Assembly: GCA_033442325.1 (NCBI GenBank) | Contig: JAWQFM010000034.1 | Coordinates: 483,060-517,441 of the forward strand | DNA: 34,382 nucleotides | Reading direction: 5' to 3' | DNA from: Salpingoeca rosetta | Lineage: Eukaryota; Protista; Choanoflagellata | Shown here: one piece after another, positions 11,705 to 23,879 of the stretch | How the letters are laid out: each line of letters opens with the position of its first letter | How positions within the stretch are numbered: the first letter of the stretch is position 1 | Translations under genes and position numbers: made by a program | Notes under the pieces: generated by a model | Told to the model about the DNA's origin: nothing | What the model saw: the letters and a program-made list of their open reading frames with translations, nothing else | Database searches by the model: none

Positions 11705-13775
11705 ACCTTCAACCCCATAACAATGCACATCACGTGCAGCTGATGATGCCGTGCGCTGACGAGTACTGGCCGGAGCTGCTGCCGACGCTGTGGGCCATGG
11801 CCCAATCCGGCAACGCAGACCACCTCGAGACATCCCTCTTCATCTTCAGGTGTGTGCGCGCGCGTGTGTGCATGAAGTAGTGTGTGTGTGTGTGTGTGCA
11901 TGAAGTAGTGTGTGGTGTGTGTGTGTGCATGAAGTAGTGTATGGTGTGTGTGTGCGTGTGTGTGAACCTGTGGGGATGTGACATGCCACCTCAAGCTGGT
12001 GGCCGCCATGCTGTTGCTTACATATCCACACACTCGCACATACACGTCCACATTCGTGTGCGCGCGTTTTGCTTGACGGCAGCTGCATCCCTGGTGTGTT
12101 TGGGACGAGCATTGAGAAGTATGCCGAGGCCATCCGTGACCTCCTTGCATCAAGCATCAGCCACGACGACCTCAAGGTGTGCGCACACCCATTGCACGGA
12201 CATACGAATGCACGCATGCACATCTTGTTGTGTCGTGTGCCGCTCGTGTGCGCATGCATGCATACGAATGCGGCTTGTCACTGTATGTGCTCATTTAGGA
12301 CACCTTGCTCACCCACCGTCCAACGCCACTGTGTATGTGTGTGTACACAGGTGCAAGTGTCTGCTGCGCTGGCCTTGAGCGGACTGCTCGGCCGCATGGA
12401 GACGCAGATTGCTCGCTACTTTGCAGACCTCCTCCCGCCAACCATCATGGTGCGTGTGTGGGTGTATGCGTGCGTCTGTGTGTGTGTTTAAGTGTCAAAG
12501 TGTGTATGAATAATCTGCTGAACTGTCGATGGACTTGTTTGTGGGTTGTTTCAACTGTAGCCGTGTCTCCATACCCATTGTGTCTCGTGTCCCCTTCACT
12601 CATTCACCCTCATTCACACACCATGACACACACGCAGGTTGTTGCAAAGGCGCTTGAGGCGTCTCAGGTGTCTGCGGGCGAGAAGACGCTCAAGGCGCTG
12701 GTAGAGCTTACGGAGACGCAGCCAAAGCTCTTCAAGGCCCACATTGTCGACATTATCAAGCTTATGCTCAGCCTCACAAGCAACGGCGTACGTTTCCTTC
12801 GTTGTGTTCAGTGGTGGCTGTGATGTGTGCTGCAGGGTACTTTGCACAGATGTTTTGCACATGTTCGCGCACACTCGCACAAACTCGCATTTTCAACACT
12901 GGAATCATTACTCACACGTATGTATTTCCAAATGTGTGTGCGCCTTCGTGTGTGCGTGTGTGTGTGTGTGTCGCCTTCATGTGTGTGTGTGTGTGTGCAG
13001 GAGATGGACGACGGCTGCCGGCGCCTGGCGCTGGAGGTGTGCGTCGGGCTGTGCGAGAGCGGCGGCAGCATGATGCGCAAGGTCCCAAACTTTGTCGACA
13101 ACATCTTCCCCGTCTGCCTCCAGGTGTGTGTGTGTGTGTGTGTGCATGATGCGGAGGCGCGGCTGTGTGGGATGTAGATGGCTCGTGCGGGTGAGGTTGA
13201 GGTTGCAATGCAGGGTCAAGTGCATGCTGCCGTGTCGTGGCCTCCCCGCTCTACCTGTGCTCACCATGTCCGTACCTGCATAATTGCATGTGCGCGTGCG
13301 TGTGTGATTATTACAGCTGATTATGGAGGTTGAGGAGGACGACGAGTGGTCGATGCAGGACGAGCCCATCCAGAACGAGGACGAAAACTCAATCTGCGGC
13401 GAGGACGCCCTCGTAAGTCGCCGTTGTGTCTGTGTGTGTGTGTGTCTGTGTGTCTGTGTGTGTGTGTTGGCACGCACATGGTGATGTGGTCTGGGCTGTC
13501 CCTGCCCTGTCAACCACCCCTTGTGTGGTCTCTCACCCCTCAAGCACACACGCACGCACACGCACGCACACGCACGCGCACACATCACCATCGCCACCAT
13601 CACCATCACCATCACCCTCCTTGCCACCCCAGGACCGCATTTCGCAGGCGCTTGGCGGGAAGCAAGTTGTTCCTGTTGCCTTTAGTCTGCTGCCGCCGCT
13701 GATGGAGAGCGGCAACTGGCGCGAGCGCTACGCGGCCTGCCTCGCCATCTCCTCCATTGGCGAAGGTGCGGTGGC

Positions 13776-13827
<52 letters not shown>

Positions 13828-14041
13828 ACTCTACTCTGCCTGTACCCTCCCCTCGTCCAACTCGATTTAGTCTGTCCGCTGCTGCGTGCTCACCTCCTCC
13901 TCGTACTGCTGCTGGTTGACATGTGTGTGTGTGTGTGTGCAGGCTGCTACAAGGTGATGCGTGACAGCCTGGACGGCATCCTCGAGAAGTGCCTGCCCCT
14001 CCTCGGCGACCAGGTCAGCAGCACCCTGTGCTGAGCTATGC

Positions 14042-14089
<48 letters not shown>

Positions 14090-14956
14090 TTTGGTGTGTG
14101 GTTTGGTGTGTTGTGGTGTGTTGTGGTTTGTTTTGTTCGCCAACCACACAACACAAACAATCACCCTCACGCACACGCCCGTACAAGACATTTCTAACTC
14201 GCTCCCCCCACCCCACCCCGGCCAATCACTGCCATTGCACACGTGCAGAACATGCGTGTGCAGTATGCGGCCATCAATGCGATTGGGCAGATGGCGGTTG
14301 ACTTTGCGCCGCGCACGCCCAAGGAGTACGGCGTGAGCTTTGCCGGCCGCTTCCACCAAGTCGTCATCCCGGCATTTGTCGAGTGCATGAAGCAGGCAGA
14401 CGGACACCCGCGCGTCCAGGTGCGACGCAGTGCGCGCGCGTGCGTGTGCGTGTGTGATGTGCCCGGCGTGCGTGTGTGTATGTGCGTGATGTGCTGTGAT
14501 GTACCGTGTGTGTGTGTGCCGTACTGTGTTACGCGTCGTACCTTCGGAGTGTGTATGTATGGCCTGTTTGACGCCAACTTTCCGTTGTCGTGCCTCACAT
14601 GCCTGGTGTTCGCTCTCCAACTCCACCTCCCGCTTGTTGTGTTGTATCAGGCGCACGGCACGTTTGCGCTTGTGAACCTGATGGACAACACGAAGCACTC
14701 TGACCTCGAGCCGTACACCGAGATGCTCATGCAGTGCATCTCCGTCCTCCTCCAGTCACAGTCAGTCGCGCTGTGTGTGTGTGATTGTGATTGCGATTGC
14801 GATTGTGATTGTGACTGTGATTGTTGTTCTACTTGATAGCCGCCCTGGATCAGTGATGAGTGCTGATGTGCTGTCGTTTGGGCAATGGTCCGCATCACTG
14901 ATCACATCCCTACCACAACAACACGACAACCACACACATACGCACACACTCACACA

Positions 14957-14995
<39 letters not shown>

Positions 14996-15378
14996 GTCTT
15001 CCCCCTCGCACAGGTTCATGCTTGTGCAGGAGGCTGCGGTTGGCCTGCTGGCGACGGTGGCGGACGTGGCACAGGAGCGCTTCAAGGACTACTACAACGA
15101 CTTTATGCCGTTTATGAAGAACATTCTGCAGCACGCCAACGAAAAGCAGTACCGCATGCTGCGCGGCAAGACGCTTGAGGCCGCCACCCTGATGGGCGTG
15201 TCTGTTGGCAAGGACATGTTTGCGCCGGATGCACACGAGCTCATGCGCATTATGCAAGCCAGCGCCGCCCAGATTGAGGAGGACGACCCGCAAATCTCAT
15301 ACATCCACACAAGGTCAGCGTTCAGGTCAAGTTGCGAAGGGGGGAAGGTTCCTGTTTGCGTTTGTTTCGTGTGTGTAG

Positions 15379-15415
<37 letters not shown>

Positions 15416-17619
15416 TGCGTATATTCTGCGTTGCGATCCTCTCATATTCTTCTCTGCTCCCTTTGTTCACACACACCTCTCCTCCCATCCCTCCCAACTC
15501 TGCAGCTTTGCGCGCATCTGCCAGGTGCTTGGGGACGACTTCTACCCGTATCTGGACACGGTGCTGCCGCCGCTGCTGCGGTCTGCGCGGCTTCCCTCGG
15601 GCATTGTTGAGCTGGACGACGAGGAGGCTGTGGAGCACCTCCCCGACGGCGTCCAGGCCTGGGAGGTCCTCGCCATCGACGACCAGGTTGGCTGTGATTT
15701 GTGTGTGTGACGTGTGTTCGTGTGTGTGACGTGTGTGTGTGTGTGCTTTTGGTGTGCCACACAACCTCCACTTTGCCGTTGTTGTTTTGTTTTCCGAAGC
15801 ATGTCGTGCTGTGCTGACTGTGCTACCTTCTCCCTTCCCCGTCCCCCCCCCCCTCCGCCCCTCCGCGCTTCCCCGCCTGCTGCAGCGGTTTGCGATCAAG
15901 ACGTCTGTGGTGGAGGAGAAGCGCGCTGCCATTGAGATGCTTGTGCTGTACAGCCAGCACCTCGGAGGCAAGTTTGCCCCGCTCGTTGAGGACGTGGCTG
16001 AGATTGCCCTCAAGAACCTCGCCTACTACTTTGACGAAGGTGCGCGTTATGGGTGTAGTTTCGGTGTTTGTGTGTCGTCGTGTTGGATTGTTGTGTGGGT
16101 TTGTTATGGGTGCACCGTGCAATGTCATTGTCTCACCTTGGAGTGTTGTGTGCTGGTGTTGCCTGCAGGGATTCGCATTTCGTCCGCCATCCTGCTGTCC
16201 TTCCTCATCCACTCCTACAACGCCAACGATGAGGTGCGCCGTTGAGTGTGAGAGTGTCTGTGCGTTACAGTCCACTGCACTTTCACCTGAATGCTTGCGG
16301 ACACACGCACCCAAGCACACGCACGCACCCAAGCACATAACAGTGCTCACACAACCTCTCCCTTGCATCGCATGTTGTGCGTCTGCGCGCATGAGTATAG
16401 TTTGGTGCTGCCGCTGCGCTGAAGCTGTTCCAGCACATGTATCCGAAGCTGCTTGCCGAGACGCAGCGCGAGCCGTACCCAGAGGTCCTCTCCTCAAAGA
16501 TCAGCGGCATCCACATGTGCATCACAGGTGTGTGTGTGTGTGCGCGCGCGTGTGTATGTGTGTGTCTGTGTGTGTCTGTGGGTGTTTGTTTGAGTGGAGT
16601 GCGACCGTCGCTGTCGTTCTTGCGAGGATGCCATCGCCCGTTGCTCACTTCGTTTTCGTGTTTGGCGTGTTTAGAGATGGGCGAGGCTGCACTGCAGCCG
16701 GAGTTTCTCACGGAGGTCTCCGCCCTCGTCCTCAAACTCCTCGAGGACTACGACGAGCGGTGTGTGTGTGTGTGTGTGTGTGATTGCCCTGTGATTTTTG
16801 CTCTGCTTGCTTGTGTTGTCGCTTGGACGTGTGCGATACCTCATGTCAAGCTGTGCATTCGTCCCTCACACACAAACACCTACGCACCTCCACACGCATT
16901 CACTTGCACGCGCGCATGGCTGGTGGTGGCAGTGCAAAGGAGCGGTATGAGCAGCGGCAGCAGGACGAGGACCACGACGAAGAGGAGGAGGAGAACCTCT
17001 CTGATGAGGAGGAGGCCGACTTTGAGGTGCTGAGCGAGGTGTGCACCCTGGTGCAGGTAATTGTGCACATTGGCGGGCTTGGCACGAAGCCATTCTTTGA
17101 CAGCGTTGCGCCTGCGATTATGAACCTGCTGAACGCGGGCCGCCCTACAGCAGACTACCGCTGCGCCGTCAGCACCTTTGCAGACGTCGTCGAGCAGTTC
17201 CAGCAGGTGCGCAAGAGGGGAGGGTGGTGTGCATTGTGGTGGTGTTAGACGCTTTGCTTGTTGTATGGTCTGGTCTGGTTGGTTGAGGCGCTGTGTTTTG
17301 GCTGTTATTGTGCGTGTGTTTCGTTCCTCGTGTACCCTTGTCTGTCTGTTCTGTGTGCATCTTACCCCGATCTGTGCCCACTATCCCCCCCCCGCTTCCA
17401 ATCTGTAGGAGGCCGTGCCGTATCTGCAGCACGTGAGCCAGGCGTTTGTGCAGCACATCACCTCGGAGGACTATGAGCTGCGCGAGCTCGCGGCATACGT
17501 CGTTGGCCTCATGGCCCTTCACTCCGGCCCCGCCGTTGCTGAAGTCTGCAAGGCCGTACGTTTGCGTAATTGTGTGGGTGTGTGTCTGTGTGTGTCGGTG
17601 TGTGCGTGTGTGTGCGTGT

Positions 17620-17684
<65 letters not shown>

Positions 17685-18801
17685 CGTGTGCGTGTGAACG
17701 TTGAACATGTCGTTTCGTTGATTGCCTCGCCCTGCTCTTCCGCCTTGCCAAACCTCATATTCCAACCCTCACCCCACCCCATCCTTTCGTCCTGCTGCGT
17801 TCAGGCTGTTGAGCCGCTGCTTGCTGTGATCCAGGCGCCCGGCTCCCGCGAGTCGCCCAACACCAGTGCAACCGAGAACTGCATCTCCGCCTTTGTCAAG
17901 ATTGCACGCAACCCAGCACACGGCCTCTCAGAAGGTGTGTGTGTGTGTGTTGGCGTTGTGAGTTGGTTCACTCCTTCTTCGCTGCTCTCTACGTTGTTGG
18001 TTGCTCCTATCATTACGTTTCGGTCGCTTATTCTTTACCTCCTCATCCACCCGTCCACCATCAACCCTTGCACAGACGAGATGCTGACGCATCTGCTTGA
18101 CTGGCTGCCCATCACGGAGGACGATGATGAGGCAAAGTACATCTACACATACCTCGTCGAGCTCCTCCAAGCGTAAGTACTTCTTGTGCGCTGTGTGTGT
18201 GTGTGTGTGTGTGTGGGTGTGTGTGTGTGTGGGTGTGGGTGGAAGGGGGTGGCTTCTGCTGTGCGTTGTGTGCGTGCGTGCGTTGGCGGTGTACTCCGCC
18301 GCCTGCCGTTGTCGATCTCGACTGACCCTTACTCCCCCCCCCCCCTTTGCTTCCCATGCTTCCCTCCCTCTCGTTACTTTTGCCTTTCTTTCCTTGGTGG
18401 TTGGTTCTGCAGGCAAGACCCACGCGTGACTTGCGCCCTGAGAGCCTGNNNNNNNNNNNNNNNNNNNNNNNNNNNNNNNNNNNNNNNNNNNNNNNNNNNN
18501 NNNNNNNNNNNNNNNNNNNNNNNNNNNNNNNNNNNNNNNNNNNNNNNNTCCTCCTCCTCCTCCTCCTCCTCCTCCTCCTCCTCCTCCTCCTCCTCCTCCT
18601 CCTCCTCCTCCTCCTCCTCCTCCTCCTCCTCCTCTGCCTTCTCGTTCTCACGCCCCTCCCTCCCCCCGCCCAACTTGTCGTTTCCACTGGTAGAACATGC
18701 AGGATTCGCCTGCCCACGGTGTGTTGGGGCAGTTGATGCAGGACCCAGAGGTGCACGCCCGCGTGCAGCGCGCTGTTGAGGCGCTTGGCTCGTCCGCGTA
18801 G
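10299..18801 (+). CDS. IPO5: Importin-5 / karyopherin-beta3 (Pse1/Kap121-like HEAT-repeat nuclear import receptor)
   Basis: At least 27 exons, phase-consistent up to the gap: 10299-10376, 10634-10720, 10900-10995, 11175-11215, 11374-11491, 11740-11849, 12083-12176, 12351-12449, 12638-12787, 13001-13123, 13317-13412, 13633-13765, 13943-14013, 14249-14419, 14651-14760, 15014-15313, 15506-15686, 15886-16039, 16169-16233, 16401-16527, 16675-16759, 16933-17206, 17409-17555, 17805-17934, 18076-18172, 18413-gap, 18694-18801. IPO5-typical motifs: VRQLAALLFRR, WPELLP, ALDRISQALGGK, WRERYAACLAISSIGEGC, RVQYAAINAIGQMAVDF, HPRVQAH, YRMLRGKTLE, DDPQISY, IKTSVVEEK, ATENCISA, WLPITED. Confidence 0.93.
18449..18548. 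other. Assembly gap (Ns), followed by (TCC)n
   Basis: Run of n inside the IPO5 3' region. Confidence 1.
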
Positions 18802-19784
18802 TCGCCATTCTTGTGGTGTTGTCGTGTCGACTTGTGCATCAGTTCGGATCATGGCTGAATGCCTGCTGATTCCTCTCTTCTTTCCCTTTCTTGTTCTCTT
18901 CTCTTCTCTTCTCTTGCTTGCTTATGTCGCGCCTTGCTTGTGCTTGCCTGGTCTCTTCATTGCATGGCGCTGTGTTGTACAGCCAACCACACTTCTGGCG
19001 TGGTTGGCTGATGTGTGCTGCTGATGCTGCTGTAGTGTTGATACCTGGCTTGGCACTAGGTGGTGCAGTTTAATGTGCAGAAGGGGTTGGTGTTGTTTGG
19101 TTGGCTTGGCTCGTGCTGCGTGTGGTGGTGTGGTGTGTTGTTTGGGGACCTGCTGCTTTTCCTCAGTAAATAGCTCGATGAAGTGACATGATGACAGCGT
19201 GGTGGAGTGGCGGGCGGTGTTTGTCGTGTTTTGCGTGAGCGTTGTTCTTGTGTGTTGGTGAGAAACTGATTGATGCATGTGTGGAAGGCTGGATGAGCGG
19301 TGACAAGAGTGTTGTGATGTGGGAACAAGAGGGAGCTGTATCTTGCCCACGAGGCGACAAAACTAAAAGGCCATCACAACGTACTATGTTGCTGAGCGGT
19401 TGCGTTTATAAGGCTTTGTCGTGTTGTCTGACAACAAGAGAGTTGGTTCACGTTGTACTGGTTGGTTCGCCTCCACCTTTCTGTGTTGTCCTTCTCCGCG
19501 TTCGTTTCCCCGTTACTGCCGTGGCACCGCAGCGTCGCAGTAGATATGTACTCCACAGGCAACAAGCAGTCAAGCATGAACGCGTGGGGGCCTGTGTGGT
19601 GTGGCGTCAGCAAGCGAGCTCGAGAATGCATGCCTGCATGCATGCAATGCATGTTTTATGACATCGCTTTACATCAATGAGCAAAACAACAGCAGGCAGC
19701 TACGCAGGGAACAGCTACAGCCGGGAAAATCTGAAAATGCCTGCATGCGGCAAGTGTTGCTGCTCCTTCAGCGCGCGAGTGGCA

Positions 19785-19863
<79 letters not shown>

Positions 19864-19864
19864 T

Positions 19865-19895
<31 letters not shown>

Positions 19896-19990
19896 GGAGG
19901 GAGACAGACAGACACACAGCCAGACAGACACACAGCCAGACAGCCAGACAGCCAGACAGCCAGACACCACCCTGGATGAAAAAAAAAAAC

Positions 19991-20001
19991 AAAAAAAAAA
20001 A
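19991..20001 (-). terminator. Pol III oligo-T terminator of the tRNA-Ser gene
   Basis: T11 run on the minus strand, 6 nt after the discriminator base. Confidence 0.75.
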
Positions 20002-20007
20002 CAAGTG

Positions 20008-20145
20008 CGACAACGGCAGGACATTCGACAGATCCCCAGCTGCAGTGTGCTGGGGTTGTGCTTGTTCGTATCAAGGATTCGAACCTGCGCGTGCAGAGCA
20101 CAACGGATTAGCAGTCCGTCACCTTAACCACTCGGCCACGTTGTC
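20008..20145 (-). tRNA. tRNA-Ser(GCU) with a 56-nt non-canonical intervening sequence in the T-loop (exon 1 20145-20078, insert 20077-20022, exon 2 20021-20008)
   Basis: Joined exons give 82 nt: GACAACG TG GCCGAGTGGTTAAGGT G ACGGA CT GCT AA TCCGT T GTGC TCT GCAC GC GCAGG TTCGAA^T CCTGC CGTTGTC G. The acceptor (7 bp), anticodon (5 bp) and T (5 bp) stems are perfect. It has the serine-type variable arm and G73, with anticodon GCT at 20112-20110. Confidence 0.93.
20075..20138 (-). promoter_or_regulatory. Internal Pol III promoter: A-box (20138-20128) and B-box (20085-20075)
   Basis: A-box TGGCCGAGTGG and B-box GGTTCGAATCC; the last 3 nt of the B-box are supplied by the insert. Confidence 0.8.
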
Positions 20146-20297
20146 ATATGGCACTTCTTGCTTTCCTATGTCGAATTTTTTGTTTTTGAACCTAAATCTG
20201 CATGCTGTGTGCGTGTTTTGCAGCCACAGACCAAACAAACAGCGCACATTCATCCTCACCTCAAACAACGAAGTCACCACCTACCAGCCGGTCAGCC

Positions 20298-21770
<1,473 letters not shown>

Positions 21771-22409
21771 CCAGCCACCGTTTGCGTTCATGTGTGTGCG
21801 TGTGCGCAAAACTCTCTTGCGCGCCTTTCTGTTCTCTTCTCACAACATTGCCCATACAACCCCTTGTTCTCCTTTCTCCCTCTCCCTCCCTCTTCCTCCC
21901 TTCTCGCACTGCTCTCCTTCTTCTTCACTCTGCGTTACGTTCCACACACGGCGTTGTAGTAGAGATAGTCGGAGACTGACACGCACCAACCAGTACACCC
22001 ACCAACACTGCACTGCACTGCACTCAACACCTTGTCTGCATGAAAAAGCCCCGTGCTCAGCTCAATCCCGTGTAACACTATCGTGCGTGCAGTGCATGCA
22101 TGCATGCATGCAAGCAAGCAAGCACGCCACCTCCAATCATCATGACGATGCCAGTGTGCCACGATGACGATTCAGTGTGAAAACACACAACCCGCACGCA
22201 CACAAAAGCGCAGAAACAGTTACGAAAGTGCCACTGCAACACCCACAACACCACACACGAACACGTGTTTCACCTGCCACAACACAGACAGAGAGCGTTG
22301 CTCCATCCTTCCTTGTGGTTCATTTCCACACTGCACCGCCCAGCCGTGATCCACAAAGCCCCAGCCACCAAGCAGGCCGTTCTTCCTTCGACACTCATCA
22401 TCAACCACC

Positions 22410-22820
22410 ATGTGAGTGAACGTGTGGGCTCGTGAATGGTTTGTATGTGAACGAGTGAATGTGCGCGCACGATTGTGGTTCACCCCTGGAACATCCCACC
22501 ATTCCCTTCGCGCTCCCCCCCTCCTCCTTTCGCCCCGCTCCTCTCCTACTCTCTTGCATCTACTCACATCCCTGCTGCTGTATCAGGCCCAAGATCTTGC
22601 TGCTTGGCGCCGGGTTTGTCGCGGGCCCCTGCCTCGACTACCTGCTCCGCCGCGATGACAACACCATCACCGTCGGTACGACAGATGCCACTACATGTGT
22701 GCTTGTGTGTGTGTGTGTGTGCTTGTGTGTGTGCTTGTGTGTGTGCTTGTGCGTGTGTGTATGTGCTTGCATGTGTGCTTGTGTGTGCTTGTGTGTGCTT
22801 GTGCGTGTGTGTGTGTGTGC

Positions 22821-22907
<87 letters not shown>

Positions 22908-23841
22908 TGCGTGTTTGTGTGCGCACGGTTGCGTTGTGCATGGTTGAATGCTGGTTGGTTCTCCAGTCGATGAGCCAGCGCCGTACAATCATCTCCTCGC
23001 CATTGAACTGCACACCGCGTAGCCTGTCGCACGCTAGAGAGGGCGCAGGAGCTTGCCGGCGACCGCCAGCGCACCGCCGCCATTTCGCTCAACGTCAAGG
23101 ACTCCGAGGCACTCGTCGCAGAGGTCCAGAAGCACGACATTGTCATCAGGTGTGCATGTGCGTGTGCGTGTCTGCCTGTCGACACGTGCCCCTCTCTTCG
23201 TGCCTTGCTGCGAGTGCGTCGCTCAACACCCCTCACCCACTCCCCTCACTTCAACGCACTCACCTCGAACCAACCACGCACACCCTTGTGCTTGCTACTC
23301 GCATGGTACTCTCCAGCCTCATCCCGTACACGTACCATCCGCTGGTGATTGAGGCCGCCATCAAGGTCAAGAAGCACTTTGTCTCCACCAGCTACGTCTC
23401 CCCCAAGATGGCCTCCTTCGACCAGGCGTGAGTGTGTGTGAGTGTGTGCGAGTGTGTCTGCGTGAGTGAGTGAGTGTGTGTGTGTGTGAGAGTGAGTGTG
23501 TGTGTGAGTGTGTGAGTGTGTCTGCGTATATCTGTGTGTGTGTGTGTGAGTGTCTGCGTATATTTGCGTGTGAGTGAGTGTTTGTGTGTGTGTGTGTTCA
23601 TGGCGCGGGCTTGTTCTCGCTTGTATGTGGCCTTTCGGGGGGTGGGGGGGGGTGGGGGTGCTTGTCTCGCCTGCCACATCTCCTCTCCCTCACACCACGA
23701 CCACTGCCACCACTGCCACGGCGCAGCGCCAAGGATGCGGGTATCACGGTGATGAACGAGATTGGTGTCGACCCAGGCATCGACCACCTCTACGCCAAGA
23801 AGATCATCGACGAGGCACACGAGGAGGGCTCAAAGGTACAT

Positions 23842-23879
<38 letters not shown>

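Noticed and set aside
18802-19980. Short ORFs between IPO5 and the tRNA
   Set aside because: No coding-like codon bias, consistent splice pattern or recognisable motif; likely 3' UTR and intergenic DNA.
20022-20077. tRNA insert as a spliceosomal intron or self-cleaving ribozyme
   Set aside because: No GT..AG ends in any register of the sliding junction, no hammerhead CUGANGA/GAAA core, and far too short for group I or II introns.
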